DNA of 64,000 nt from an uncultured Planctomycetaceae bacterium (GCA_963976765.1 CAXBME010000012.1:124001-188000), one strand, 5' to 3'. Counted from the stretch's first letter, positions 1 through 10,976 are shown. Notes: generated from the letters alone by a model not told the origin. Numbers and translations are program-made.

Positions 1-2
1 GT

Positions 3-281
3 TACCGAAACGGGTTCGACAAAGAGGTTCTGATGGCGCCGGACAAAGTTCACAAAGTGGCTTTCCCTGTCGGCTGGATCAGCCAAATCTTCAACAAAGG
101 GCATCGCATTCGAGTCACCGTTGCCAGTACGGGGGCGCCTCTTTACGAACCCAATCCTCAGAACGGAAAACCACTCACCATCGAGTTCCCTGCGGACGCT
201 CAGAAGGCCGTCAACACGATTCACCACAACACGCAGTACGCATCACGAATCATCGCCCCGGTATTCACTTCGCCAAATTGA
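3..281 (+). CDS. CocE/NonD family hydrolase, C-terminal part (5'-truncated by window edge)
   Basis: Open frame from the window start, YRNGF...FNKGHRIRVTVAS...YEPNPQNG...NTIHH...SRIIAPV, typical of the CocE/NonD C-terminal jelly-roll domain. Confidence 0.8.
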   Translation, partial: YRNGFDKEVLMAPDKVHKVAFPVGWISQIFNKGHRIRVTVASTGAPLYEPNPQNGKPLTIEFPADAQKAVNTIHHNTQYASRIIAPVFTSPN

Positions 282-345
282 ACGGCCTCAGGCACGACTT
301 ACAGTCTCGCTGCGAAGTCTTCTCCGGTGCTGACCGGGTTACGAA

Positions 346-1368
346 TCAGGGTTTGGCTGGCTTTGCTTCCGGAAGCGTGAGTGTCAGGGCGATTGTCGCC
401 CAACCTGTGGCGGTCGTCGAAATGAACTGGTCCTTCTCGTGTGGAAAACCAGATTCGAAATATGGCTGAAACGGCGTGGCCCGCGTGGCAACATGCCACG
501 AACCGTCTTTCAACTGGGAATCGAGCAGGTAGTCAACACCACGTTTGATGGCGGAATCAGCCTTTTTCGAGCCGTCGCGCAGCAAAGCCGTCAGAACAGT
601 TCCTGTCGCATAGGCATCGCTTGTCATGTCGGGCTTCTGCGACCAGCCGCCGTCATCCCGCTGTGCCGAAATCAGCTGACTGCGGGCTGCATCGATTTCT
701 TCGTTGTTGGCGTCGACGTACGGCAATGCTCGGAATCGGAAAACGCGATCTTCCGTTTCGGTCGCGTTGGTCGCCAGCAACCATTTACCAACAGCCTTGA
801 TTCGGCTGTCCGCGGCCTCACGCTGGTCGTCGGTTGCAAACTCTCTCAAAGCACGCAACGCCAGATAAGTATTGGCGAAATCGCTTCCTGAGGACGGCGG
901 TCGCGAGCTTGCCTGGTGCCATCGCTGGTCGTTCTGCTGAAACTCCAGCAGGTAATGTACGACCGCCGCCGTTGTTTCATCCGATTTCCGCCCACCCGCT
1001 TCCAGAGTCCACAAGGCGTACCCGGCGGTCATCACTCGACCGCCCTGCCCTTTTCCTTTGAGATATCCGGCAAGTCCTCGCTTCAAATGGGCGGCGGTAT
1101 GCTTGAGCTGGGACTCGAACACGTCCTCATCAATGACGAAGCCACGGCTTCGCGCCTCGGCCATCGCCATGACCGGTAATGCCTGACTGTGACAGGTAAA
1201 ACATTTCCGTTCCCGCGCGGAACCAGCCGCCGCCTGTTCGAGCAGTGGGATCGCCCGGCGAATCGCGACGGACACACGCTCCGTCAGTGTGACTTCCGCA
1301 GCGACAGCCAGAAACGGATCGGCGTTCGAGACGAAAGCAACCAGCAAAAGCACCGCGGCGTATTTCAT
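346..1368 (-). CDS. Exported prenyltransferase/squalene-cyclase-repeat (alpha-alpha barrel) protein
   Basis: Signal-peptide-like start MKYAAVLLLVAF, a CFTCH motif, and QW-type repeats (QRDDGGW, QLKDGSW). Start set at the ATG at 1368. Confidence 0.75.
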   Translation of the reverse strand: MKYAAVLLLVAFVSNADPFLAVAAEVTLTERVSVAIRRAIPLLEQAAAGSARERKCFTCHSQALPVMAMAEARSRGFVIDEDVFESQLKHTAAHLKRGLAGYLKGKGQGGRVMTAGYALWTLEAGGRKSDETTAAVVHYLLEFQQNDQRWHQASSRPPSSGSDFANTYLALRALREFATDDQREAADSRIKAVGKWLLATNATETEDRVFRFRALPYVDANNEEIDAARSQLISAQRDDGGWSQKPDMTSDAYATGTVLTALLRDGSKKADSAIKRGVDYLLDSQLKDGSWHVATRATPFQPYFESGFPHEKDQFISTTATGWATIALTLTLPEAKPAKP

Positions 1369-1588
1369 GTAAGTCTGCCTTCTGTCATTCCAGGTGGCTT
1401 GCATCCGCAGTTCTGTGAACCAGCGGGTTGGATACAGAGGCCAACTGGTCTGGCCTCGATCGCCGTCTCTCCGAACCTGCAGTTGCATCACGAAAGGCTT
1501 CAGAAAAAAAGCACGCTACGAGTTTACTCGCAGCGTGCGTCAGACATTCAATTGTCACATCCTGATGAGGATGTCGCCCGATTCACTA

Positions 1589-3043
1589 TCAGTACGGCAG
1601 TTCCCGGATGTAGAGATTTCTGAAGAACAGCTCGCTGCCGTGATGTTGCAGTTCGATCTGGTCAGCTCGCACAAGCGGAATTGTTCCTGTCTTGTCCCAG
1701 TAATTTTCCAGAGCCACCCGGTTGACAATCAACTTTCCATTCAGCCAGATCGTCACTTTGTCGCCGACCATTCGAATCAGGAAGGTGTTCCACTCGCCAG
1801 GTTTTCTGTCGGCAAGAGTTGTGGGAGCGTTCCGCCAGCGTTTGTTGTTCCACAAGCCGCCGGAACCAAGATTACGACCGTTTGCATACTGCCTGACCCA
1901 CTCTTCAGCATTCGCCGGCGGATCAGCACCCGGCTTGACGCGAGGATCCCACGGGTCCCAGATCTGCACCTGTGGCGTCCCCCGCAGATAGATCCCCGAG
2001 TCCGCTCCTGGAGGAATCTTCCAGTCGCAGTAGAACTCGAAGTCGCCGTAGTCCTTCGCCGTGCAGAGGCTCTGCCCTTTTCCGTCATAAGTCAGGATGC
2101 CCTCGACGACGCTCCAGTGATCGTTCATGACTGTGTCGGCAGTCGCCTGCGCCGTTGCCAAAGCATCACCTGTCAGCGCCCGCCGGTCATTCGCGTTCTT
2201 GTGAGCAAGCCCTTTCCAGCCAGTCAGATCCCTGCCATTGAACATCGCCGAGAAGCCGTCCGGTGGAGTGTTGTCTGTTTCTGAATCTGGTGAGGTTGGC
2301 GACGGCGAATAATCGGCTACCGACAGATTTCGGAACTCGACATGGTCGCTGTGACCGGCCAGCGAAATGTGGCCCTTTTTATTCTTCATCCCCGGATGAA
2401 CGCCGCCGTCGACAGGAGTCACATCGTCCAGGAACGTGTCGACAATCACTGCGCCGTTCAGAATCACCATGATGTGATCCTCAATGGCGATGATGGTTTC
2501 TGAATTCCACTCGCCAACCGGCTTCAGGTATCCCGTCTTTGAAGGCACGATTCCGTAGATTGATCCGTGATACTGCCACGGTTTGAGCCAGCTGAGCTTT
2601 CTGGTCTTACCGCCGCCCATGTCCGCTTCGCCGGAATACTTTGAACCGTTGTGGTCGAGAATCTGAATCTCCATCCCGGATCCCGAAGCATGGCCGCCCA
2701 TCGGAACGCGAATGCCGATCCCGTTGTTGCCGCTTTCTTCGAGTTTGAATTCAAAGCTGAAGGCGAAGTCGCTGTACTCTTTCGCTGTGTAAAGATTCTT
2801 CCCGCCAGCCTTGCAGACCAGGTTTCCGTCTTTCGCGATGTACCCTTCGGTATCGCCAGTCCATCCGGTCAGATCTTTGCCGTTGAAAAGTTTTGTCCAT
2901 CGAGCGGTCTGCTCAAGAATCGACAGCGTGGACTTTCCGGCTTCGATGTTGGCATCCGGCTTCTGAGCAGCCTTTTCTTCCTGCGCACGCAGAAGTGCAG
3001 CGGGTAAAACCACCAACGCAAACAACATCATGATTCTGGACAT
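1589..3043 (-). CDS. Tandem DUF1080 (3-keto-disaccharide hydrolase-like) exported protein
   Basis: Signal peptide and two repeats of LFNGKDLTGW...EIQI/QVQI...GEWN...FRNL. Confidence 0.88.
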   Translation of the reverse strand: MSRIMMLFALVVLPAALLRAQEEKAAQKPDANIEAGKSTLSILEQTARWTKLFNGKDLTGWTGDTEGYIAKDGNLVCKAGGKNLYTAKEYSDFAFSFEFKLEESGNNGIGIRVPMGGHASGSGMEIQILDHNGSKYSGEADMGGGKTRKLSWLKPWQYHGSIYGIVPSKTGYLKPVGEWNSETIIAIEDHIMVILNGAVIVDTFLDDVTPVDGGVHPGMKNKKGHISLAGHSDHVEFRNLSVADYSPSPTSPDSETDNTPPDGFSAMFNGRDLTGWKGLAHKNANDRRALTGDALATAQATADTVMNDHWSVVEGILTYDGKGQSLCTAKDYGDFEFYCDWKIPPGADSGIYLRGTPQVQIWDPWDPRVKPGADPPANAEEWVRQYANGRNLGSGGLWNNKRWRNAPTTLADRKPGEWNTFLIRMVGDKVTIWLNGKLIVNRVALENYWDKTGTIPLVRADQIELQHHGSELFFRNLYIRELPY

Positions 3044-3196
3044 GGGCGTATTTCTCATAAGGATGTAAACCAGTCGTTCGACCATTGTTTCTGTCGGCAA
3101 TGTCGTACAACGCTGCCGACGTTGCCTGTTTCATGTTGGGTCGAACGGTAAATCATCCGTCGCCGAATTCGAAGCGAACGGACCAACTCTTCTTCC

Positions 3197-4018
3197 TCAC
3201 CCGGTCGTTGGATCAAGCAGCGCGAACTGCAGGTCCGGTCGTCCGGCGATGTTGCCTTCGCCACTCCACATCCGACGCAGTTGCCGAACCGGCCTGAAGC
3301 CGAGTCGCGTGGCCAGGTTTTCAGAAACAACGTTGCCGGCAGGAATATCCCAGTACGCTCGCCCCGAAACTGTCGCCAGCATCTCAACAACCAGCGACTC
3401 GGCGATCGCCTCGTCCTGCGACACGACTGGTCCGAGATAAGTCGCAATGCTCCCGGGCCGCAGCATCCCGAACGCGGACGGCGCGGTGAATACGCGACAT
3501 CCGGCCGCCACACGGGTTAACCACGATGTTCGATCCGCGCCGAAAGCCTGCTCGTCAAGTTTCAAAAGGTCTGCTGATAACGTACCGTCGGGCAAAAATC
3601 GCGCGACGTCGTTCCCCTCACGTTCCCAGCGTTGAAACCCCAACTCCGCATGAAAGCCAAGCTGCTGGTACAGCGGTTGCCCGAGAGGTGTCGCGTCGAG
3701 CTTAATGCAGGTCACACCTCGGCCCTGCAGATAATCGATACTCGTCTGCATCAACCGTTTTGCGATGCCTCGCCGACGATATTCCGGCAGCACCAGCATC
3801 ATGCCAATCCACGCCAGCCTTGTCCCGTACGAAGTCGTCGACACCGTTCCAATCGGCACACCGTCAACCTCGGCCATGAAGCAACCATCCGGCTCGTACT
3901 CAACCAGCCGCTGGATGTCGGCGGCGGTTTGATTCCAGCCAACCTGATCCTTCAGTCTCATCGCACAATCAATATCACCGAGCGTCATTTGCCGGATGTG
4001 AAGTTGCGTCGACGACAT
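3197..4018 (-). CDS. GNAT family N-acetyltransferase
   Basis: VLPEYRRRGIA acetyl-CoA motif and LDATPLGQPLYQQLGF; a second GNAT-like C-terminal half. Confidence 0.88.
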   Translation of the reverse strand: MSSTQLHIRQMTLGDIDCAMRLKDQVGWNQTAADIQRLVEYEPDGCFMAEVDGVPIGTVSTTSYGTRLAWIGMMLVLPEYRRRGIAKRLMQTSIDYLQGRGVTCIKLDATPLGQPLYQQLGFHAELGFQRWEREGNDVARFLPDGTLSADLLKLDEQAFGADRTSWLTRVAAGCRVFTAPSAFGMLRPGSIATYLGPVVSQDEAIAESLVVEMLATVSGRAYWDIPAGNVVSENLATRLGFRPVRQLRRMWSGEGNIAGRPDLQFALLDPTTG

Positions 4019-4146
4019 GGACCTGTTTCGATATTGAGTAGCAGCGTGATCCCGGAACCGAAATTTCAACGCAACGTCGCAGCACAGCCTCGCAATGAAT
4101 TCACCAGTTTTGCAGGCCACACCTTTGTAACCAGTGAAATCTCTCC

Positions 4147-7100
4147 ATGAAAACGTCGCCCGGTGCATTGTCGGCCAAGGTTCAGCCAGGACTACTTGTG
4201 TGCTCAGTTATTGCGACATTGCTCTGCGGCGGTGTCACCCATTCTGCCACCGAAATCTCCACCGAAACTCCTACTGTAAATTTTGAACGCGACGTCGCTC
4301 CGATCCTCGAAGCCAACTGCCTGCGCTGTCACGGTTCTGAGTCGCCGGATGGTGATTTCTCTCTAAGCACCGCGACGTCCTGGCGCGAGTCGGGCTTTGT
4401 CATTCCCGGTAAGCCTGAGCAAAGCCACTTGTTGATGGTCGTGCAACCGGACGGCGATGAACCGCCGACGATGCCAAAAGAAGGAAAGCATCTGACCCAG
4501 TCGGAAGTGACGATACTTCATCGGTGGATTCTGGCCGGCGCTGAATGGCCGGAAGCAGTAACGCTGCGTGTTCGGTCGAAGGCGGACTCGACGTGGTGGT
4601 CGCTTCAGCCTGTATCACAACCGGTGATGCCGAAAACGGCCTCTACCAGTAACAACCCGATCGATCACTTTGTCCGAGCGAAGCTCGACGAGAAAGATCT
4701 GACACCATCGCCAGCTGCCGATCGTCGAGTCCTGATCCGCCGACTGTACTTCGACCTCCTGGGCCTGCCGCCAACTCCCGAGGCTGTTAAAGAGTTCGTT
4801 GCTGATTCCAGACCGAAAGCTTTTGAGCAGCTCGTTGATCAGTTGCTCGCTTCACAGCATTTTGGCGAGCGGTGGGCACGGCATTGGCTGGACATCGCCC
4901 ACTACGCCGATACACACGGCTTCGAGCGAGACAAACTTCGCGACCACGCCTGGCCGTACCGTGATTACGTCATTCGCTCGTTCAACGCCGACAAACCGTA
5001 CGATCAGTTTCTCCGGGAGCAGATCGCTGGAGATGCACTGGATCATCCAACCGATGAGTCGATCGTTGCGACGGGCTTCCTGGCAGCCGGCCCCTGGGAC
5101 TTTGTCGGGCAGGTTGAAACGAAGAGTCCGATCCTTCGTCGTGCTGCGCGGGCACTCGATCTCGACGACATGCTCACTCAGGTCATGACATCCACCGTCG
5201 GTATGACGGCTAACTGTGCGCGGTGTCACGACCACAAGCTCGACCCGATTACGCAACGCGAGTATTACCAGCTGGCAGCTGTCTTTGCTGGAGTTCGTCG
5301 CGACAATCGAGACATCAACCCTCAGCGGCGGGAACACTACGAGGCAGAGAAGACCCGGCTCACCAGCACAGTCAGCCAGGTCGCTGCGCAAATCGGACAG
5401 CTTCAGGGTGACGGCCTTGACCTCGCCGATATCGTCGGAGGCGGCAACGGCTTCGGCACTGGAAAGAAAGGACTTGGCCTCGACGCTCGCACGGGCAAAA
5501 TTCAGGAGCGGCCGTTCGGGGATCTCGGCAACGTCAAACCAGGTAATTTCGCAGCCTGCGACTCACTGTTGATCGATGGCGTATTTGTTCCCGCCAGCGG
5601 CCAGACCAGAATCAGCTCGACCGGACTGATCGTAAACAACCTGCCTGCTAACAGTGGAAAAGCCTGGGACATGATTCGCCACGGTCCCGTTTCGAGTCAG
5701 TATTCAACAACGCTTGGTAACATTGACTACAACTCTGCAGGCCATTCGATGATCGGCCTGCACGCGAATGCGGGCATCACATTCGATCTGGCTGCGATTC
5801 GAAACGCCGGTAATACGAGGACTGCTCTCGACGTTTCGACCGTTGAATACCGGTTTTCTGCCGTCGTCGGCTACGGTGGTCGTACGGTGGAACCGAGCGC
5901 TGAGTTTCGCGTCCACCTCGATGGGGAACTGAAGTCGACAGGCCGACTCGGACGAAACGACACGGCAAATATTTCGATCGAAATCCCGGCGACTTCCCGG
6001 TTCCTCACACTTATCTCGACCGACGGCGGCAATGGGTACGGCCACGACCAGATCAGCTTCGGCGATCCACGGCTGACGATCTCGACCCCGGCCACAATTA
6101 ACGATGATCGGCAGGAACAGCTCGCTCGTCTTGAACAAAAACGAGCGTCACTTGAGGCCGATTTGAGATCGCTCGGCGAGCCACCTGAGTTTTACGGAGT
6201 CGTCAGCGAAGCTCCGCCAGCCGTTCATATTCTGTCGCGAGGTAACCCGGAAGCTCCCGGTGATTCCGTATCGCCAGGCACGCTCGGCTTCGGCAAGGCT
6301 GACGTTCAGTTCGGAACCAACGACATGCCAGACACCAGCCGCCGTCGAGCGCTCGCAGACTGGATCGCATCGGCAGACAACCCGCTGACTCGTCGAGTTA
6401 TCGTCAACCGGCTCTGGCACTGGCACTTCGGCACAGGACTTGTCAACACACCCAGCGACTTCGGTTTCGGCGGAGGCAAGCCCACTCATCCGGAACTGCT
6501 CGACTGGCTGGCTGACGAGTTGCTGCGTTCGGGCTGGAGTCTCAAGCACATTCATCGATTGATCGTGACGTCGCAAACCTACCAGCAAACGAGTGTTCCC
6601 GTCGTCGTCAATCAGAAGGTTGATCCAGCCGCGGTCGATGATGACAACCGACTTCTCTGGCGGATGAATTCGCATCGCCTGGAAGCCGAAGCGGTCAGAG
6701 ACTCCGTCCTCGCCGTTAGCGGAAAATTGAATCACGAAATGTTCGGACCAGGCTATCGCGACTTCGATTACAAAGAAGCCTACGCGCCGATCTACACCTA
6801 CCAGACCGCCGATTCACCACCACTCTGGCGACGGAGCGTTTACCGGTTCATCGTGCGCACAACCCCGCAGCAGTTTATGACCGCGCTGGACTGCCCGGAC
6901 CCGGCGAACCTGACGCCTCAACGAAACGTCACAACGACGGCGCTGCAATCGCTCGCCCTTTACAACAACGAATTCATGCTGAAACAGTCTCGTTATTTTG
7001 CGGAGCGTCTCCAGCGCGAGGACGGTTCGAGCGTCGACGACCAGATTGAGCGTGCCTTTCAGCTGGCACTCGCACGTTCCCCCGACGGAACAGAGCGTGA

Positions 7101-7188
7101 GCTTTCCCGCCATGCAATCGCTGAACACGGTTTGTGGCAGTTCTGCCGAACTATTCTCAACGCCAACGAGTTTGTCTACATCGACTGA
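4147..7188 (+). CDS. Planctomycete cytochrome c / DUF1549 / DUF1553 (PSD1) protein with an inserted NPCBM-like sugar-binding domain
   Basis: CLRCH and CARCHDHK haem motifs, FGERWARHWLD, PTHPELLDWLA, RRSVY and NEFVYID end; central GLHANAGITFDL...GDPRL beta-domain. Confidence 0.9.
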   Translation: MKTSPGALSAKVQPGLLVCSVIATLLCGGVTHSATEISTETPTVNFERDVAPILEANCLRCHGSESPDGDFSLSTATSWRESGFVIPGKPEQSHLLMVVQPDGDEPPTMPKEGKHLTQSEVTILHRWILAGAEWPEAVTLRVRSKADSTWWSLQPVSQPVMPKTASTSNNPIDHFVRAKLDEKDLTPSPAADRRVLIRRLYFDLLGLPPTPEAVKEFVADSRPKAFEQLVDQLLASQHFGERWARHWLDIAHYADTHGFERDKLRDHAWPYRDYVIRSFNADKPYDQFLREQIAGDALDHPTDESIVATGFLAAGPWDFVGQVETKSPILRRAARALDLDDMLTQVMTSTVGMTANCARCHDHKLDPITQREYYQLAAVFAGVRRDNRDINPQRREHYEAEKTRLTSTVSQVAAQIGQLQGDGLDLADIVGGGNGFGTGKKGLGLDARTGKIQERPFGDLGNVKPGNFAACDSLLIDGVFVPASGQTRISSTGLIVNNLPANSGKAWDMIRHGPVSSQYSTTLGNIDYNSAGHSMIGLHANAGITFDLAAIRNAGNTRTALDVSTVEYRFSAVVGYGGRTVEPSAEFRVHLDGELKSTGRLGRNDTANISIEIPATSRFLTLISTDGGNGYGHDQISFGDPRLTISTPATINDDRQEQLARLEQKRASLEADLRSLGEPPEFYGVVSEAPPAVHILSRGNPEAPGDSVSPGTLGFGKADVQFGTNDMPDTSRRRALADWIASADNPLTRRVIVNRLWHWHFGTGLVNTPSDFGFGGGKPTHPELLDWLADELLRSGWSLKHIHRLIVTSQTYQQTSVPVVVNQKVDPAAVDDDNRLLWRMNSHRLEAEAVRDSVLAVSGKLNHEMFGPGYRDFDYKEAYAPIYTYQTADSPPLWRRSVYRFIVRTTPQQFMTALDCPDPANLTPQRNVTTTALQSLALYNNEFMLKQSRYFAERLQREDGSSVDDQIERAFQLALARSPDGTERELSRHAIAEHGLWQFCRTILNANEFVYID

Positions 7189-7202
7189 CCGATCGAGTAT
7201 CC

Positions 7203-8636
7203 ATGAATCATCCTCAGATCCCACAACGACAGTCAGCCATCACACGGCGGGCCGCACTCAAACTTGCCGGAGGCGGACTGGGCAGCGTCGCGCTGTCAGC
7301 CATGCTCCAGGCCGAACAACCGGCTCACCACGCCGCCAAGGCAAAGTCCGTTATCCAGATCTTCTGCCCCGGAGGAATGAGCCACGTCGACACGTTCGAC
7401 TATAAGCCAGAACTGGCAAAGAGAGCCGGAAAACCATTCGACCCCGATGGCAAACTTCAGTTCTTTGCGTCGAAACCGGGCAACTGTCAGCCGTCATTCT
7501 GGAAATTCCGTCAGCACGGCGAGTCAGGTCTCTGGGTGTCGGGCCTGTTCCCAAAACTCGCCACGTGCATCGACGACATGGCCTTCGTTTATTCCATGCA
7601 CAGCAAGACGGCATTGCACGGCCCCGGTTGCTTTATGATGAACACAGGCTTTACGCAACCCGGTTTTCCAAGCATGGGTTCGTGGGTTACGTACGGCCTG
7701 GGCAGCGAGAGTCAGGATCTGCCGTCGTTCGTTGTGCTGCCCGACCCACGAGGTCTTCCGCCCGGCGGCATCATCAACTGGGGAGCCGGTTTCCTTCCTG
7801 CCGTCCACCAGGCGACCACACTGGACGCTATCGATCCACAAAATCCTATCGTCGATCTCTTTCCGACTGGCGACGCCCCGAACTCGTCCGGTCCAGGGGC
7901 AAGCAGCGGACTTGATTTCCTGCAGCAACTCAACCGTCGCCACCTCGATCAACGGCGAGGCAACACTGACCTCGAAGCACGGATCGCCGCGTACGAACTC
8001 GCTGCACGACTGCAACTAAGTGCTCCGGAAGCCGCCGACGTCAGCAGCGAGTCGCTTCTCACTCAACAGGCATTCGGAATCGACGATCCCGATATCGGAC
8101 CATTCGGACGACAATGCCTTCTCGCTCGCCGTCTTGTTGAGCGAGGCGTCCGTTTTGTCCAGATCTACTGCGGCGCAGAAAACACCACCGCGCAGAAAAT
8201 CCGCCCGAACTGGGACTCTCACGAAGACCTGCCACGCGACCACGGCTACTGGGGACGGGTTCTGGACACCGGCGCGTCAGCGCTTCTGAATGATCTGAAA
8301 TCCCGCGGACTGCTCGATGAAACGCTCGTCATGTGTACGACCGAGTTTGGTCGCCAGCCAGCCGCCCAGGGAGCACGCGCTGCCGGTCGAGACCACAACG
8401 GCGGAGCCTTCACCGCATGGCTGGCCGGCGGAGGAGTCAAAGGCGGAGTCGGCTACGGAGCCACCGACGACCTCGGTTATCAGGCTGCCGAACACCCCAC
8501 CTACAGCTACGACCTGCACGCCACCGCTCTGCATCTGCTCGGCCTGAACCATGAAAAGCTGACCTACTACCACAACGGCATCCAGCGCCGTCTGACGGAC
8601 GTCCACGGCCACGTCATTACCGAGCTTCTGATCTGA
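7203..8636 (+). CDS. DUF1501 domain protein (Tat-like signal)
   Basis: ITRRAALK twin-arginine motif, GGMSHVDTFDYKP, ARRLVERGVRFVQ, EFGR, RLTDVHG; follows the DUF1553 gene, the usual pairing. Confidence 0.92.
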   Translation: MNHPQIPQRQSAITRRAALKLAGGGLGSVALSAMLQAEQPAHHAAKAKSVIQIFCPGGMSHVDTFDYKPELAKRAGKPFDPDGKLQFFASKPGNCQPSFWKFRQHGESGLWVSGLFPKLATCIDDMAFVYSMHSKTALHGPGCFMMNTGFTQPGFPSMGSWVTYGLGSESQDLPSFVVLPDPRGLPPGGIINWGAGFLPAVHQATTLDAIDPQNPIVDLFPTGDAPNSSGPGASSGLDFLQQLNRRHLDQRRGNTDLEARIAAYELAARLQLSAPEAADVSSESLLTQQAFGIDDPDIGPFGRQCLLARRLVERGVRFVQIYCGAENTTAQKIRPNWDSHEDLPRDHGYWGRVLDTGASALLNDLKSRGLLDETLVMCTTEFGRQPAAQGARAAGRDHNGGAFTAWLAGGGVKGGVGYGATDDLGYQAAEHPTYSYDLHATALHLLGLNHEKLTYYHNGIQRRLTDVHGHVITELLI

Positions 8637-8694
8637 CCATTCCCTGCATGCAACAGGGCATCGACCATGCGTTGTGGCACCACGAGTGGGATAA

Positions 8695-8895
8695 CCGAAT
8701 CCTTCGAGATCTATGCCAGCAGGAAGGTGTCGAATTGCTTGAAGGGCATGTGATGCCGGATCGCATCTATGTGTGTGAAGATTCCGCTGAAGTATTCGGT
8801 GTCCTTTATCTTTGGGTTTATCAAAGTAAAGAACGCGGCCCGCATTCATCAGGAGTTGTTGAACGAATGGCCTATGACTTTGGTCAATTACTCCG
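8695..8895 (+). pseudogene. tnpA: Frameshifted internal fragment of IS200/IS605 family transposase tnpA
   Basis: ILRDLCQQEGVELLEGHVMPDRIYVC in one frame continues as KIPLKYSVSFIFGFIKVKNAARIHQELL in another frame, with the shift at gtgtgtg (~8771-8777). The HUH motif has decayed to DRIY. Confidence 0.8.
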
Positions 8896-9002
8896 CCGAC
8901 GAACGAATTTCGTATCTGATCGAACGATGACCATAGATTCCACATTAATTTCGACCTGCTACTGCCAAATGGGTCAGCCACTTCTCAAAAGAAAGCTTCG
9001 AC

Positions 9003-10976
9003 ATGTACAACCATCGTGCGATTCTTAAGTCGCTCGTTCTGCTGGCAGTGGTGGCTCAGACGGCCTTTGCTGCTGACAAGCCGAATGTTGTGTTCATCCT
9101 TGCTGATGACCTTGGCTGGAGTGACACGACACTGTTTGGAACGACGAAGTTCTACAGGACTCCGAACATCGAACGGCTTGCGAAGCGAGGGATGACCTTC
9201 ACACGGGCGTATTCGTCAAGCCCGCTGTGTTCTCCAACGCGAGCGAGTGTGCTGACGGGGATCAGCCCGGCTCGACACGGCATCACCTCTCCGACGTGCC
9301 ACCTGCCGAAAGTGCTCCTGAAGCCAGTCCAGGCAACGAATGGTCCTCCAAACGCGAAAGCAACGCTTCCGGAATCGGTGTCGAGACTCGACACGAGCTA
9401 CTACACACTGGCCGAGATGTTCAGGGACAACGGCTACTCAACCGGGCATTTTGGAAAGTGGCATCTTGGGCCGGAACCGTACTCGCCGCTGGAGCACGGT
9501 TTTGATGTCGATGTGCCACATCATCCCGGTCCCGGACCGGCGGGCAGTTATGTCGCTCCCTGGAAGTTCAAAGACTTCGATCATGATCCGGTCATTCCCG
9601 ATGAGCATCTTGAAGACCGCATGGCGAAAGAAGCCGTCGCGTTCATGACGCAGCACAAGGATGAGCCGTTCTTTCTGAACTACTGGATGTTCAGCGTGCA
9701 TGCACCGTTCGATGCGAAAGAGTCGTTGATTGATGAGTATCGCAGACGGGTTGATCCCAAAGATCCGCAACGGAGTCCGACCTATGCCGCGATGATCGAG
9801 AGTATGGACGATGCTGTCGGAACACTGCTCGACACACTCGACCGGTTGAAGATCGCAGATAACACAATCATTGTTTTTGCATCGGACAATGGCGGGAACA
9901 TGTACAACGAGGTCGACGGCGCCACGGCAACAAGCAATACGCCGCTGCGCGGCGGCAAGGCGACGATGTACGAAGGCGGTGTGCGTGGTCCAGCGATCAT
10001 CGTGCGGCCGGGGTCCGTCGACGCCGCTTCACGAAGCGACGAGATAATTCAAAGCAGCGACTTCTATCCAACGCTGCTGGAGATGCTGTCGATTGATGCT
10101 CAGCCGAATCAAGAGTTTGATGGAGTCAGCATCGTTCCGACGTTGCAGGGAAAACCGCTCAATCGTGAAGCCATCTTTACCTACTTTCCTCACGCGCCTG
10201 GCGTTCCGGACTGGCTACCACCATCGGCCAGCGTTCACCAGAGTGACTGGAAACTTATCCGCATCTTCCACGGCAGTGACAATGGAAAGCACCGCTACAA
10301 GCTGTTCAATCTCAAAGATGACATTGGCGAGCAGAACAATCTCGCCGACAGGTTTCCTGATCGCGTGGAGCAACTCGATGCTCTGATCGAGCAGCATCTC
10401 GTCGACACTCAGGCTGTTCGACCGCTGCCGAATCCCAACTTTGATCCGTCGAAGTACGACGTGACTCTGGAAGGTAAAGCGGTATTGAAGGGCGGTGCGA
10501 ACACTCCGAAGAAGCCCAAAGCGAAGCCGTCTGGCAAACCTGTCGCTGGCTGGCAACCCGGCGGCACCTGCACATTGTCATTCTCAAAGGGGACGTTGCT
10601 GGTCACCAGCACTGGGGTTGACCCTTATCTCAGCTATCGCCTTCCAAAGGCAGTCGGCGAATCATCATTCACTCTGCACATCACGATGACATCAGAGTCG
10701 TCGGGCAAGGGACAGGTTTGCTGGCAGGAAAAGGAGGCCGGACCGTTCACTGCCGAGCGAAGTCAGTTCTTCGATGTACAACACGACGGCCGGAAGCATG
10801 AGTATGCCGTTTCATTTACTACAAACAGTCCGCTACTGGCCGTGAGAATTGATCCGTCGCGAGGTCAGGGAAGGATCGAAATCGCCGACATCCGGCTGGT
10901 CGGCCAGGAAGACGTGACGCACTACCAACTAAAGCAACCAGCATCACGCGCTGCATCAACACCGAACGAGCGGTAG
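9003..10976 (+). CDS. Formylglycine-dependent (S1) sulfatase with C-terminal beta-rich extension
   Basis: Signal peptide, [17 protein letters not shown] (CxPxR), GKWHLG, SDNGG, YEGGVR. Confidence 0.93.
   Translation: MYNHRAILKSLVLLAVVAQTAFAADKPNVVFILADDLGWSDTTLFGTTKFYRTPNIERLAKRGMTFTRAYSSSPLCSPTRASVLTGISPARHGITSPTCHLPKVLLKPVQATNGPPNAKATLPESVSRLDTSYYTLAEMFRDNGYSTGHFGKWHLGPEPYSPLEHGFDVDVPHHPGPGPAGSYVAPWKFKDFDHDPVIPDEHLEDRMAKEAVAFMTQHKDEPFFLNYWMFSVHAPFDAKESLIDEYRRRVDPKDPQRSPTYAAMIESMDDAVGTLLDTLDRLKIADNTIIVFASDNGGNMYNEVDGATATSNTPLRGGKATMYEGGVRGPAIIVRPGSVDAASRSDEIIQSSDFYPTLLEMLSIDAQPNQEFDGVSIVPTLQGKPLNREAIFTYFPHAPGVPDWLPPSASVHQSDWKLIRIFHGSDNGKHRYKLFNLKDDIGEQNNLADRFPDRVEQLDALIEQHLVDTQAVRPLPNPNFDPSKYDVTLEGKAVLKGGANTPKKPKAKPSGKPVAGWQPGGTCTLSFSKGTLLVTSTGVDPYLSYRLPKAVGESSFTLHITMTSESSGKGQVCWQEKEAGPFTAERSQFFDVQHDGRKHEYAVSFTTNSPLLAVRIDPSRGQGRIEIADIRLVGQEDVTHYQLKQPASRAASTPNER

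Noticed and set aside
346..1368. Squalene-hopene cyclase call
   Set aside because: About half the expected length, has a signal peptide, and lacks DxDD.
1394..2284. 296 aa + strand ORF
   Set aside because: Antisense to the well-supported DUF1080 gene.
8648..9028. 126 aa ORF as an intact gene
   Set aside because: Better explained as a frameshifted IS200 tnpA relic running into the sulfatase start.
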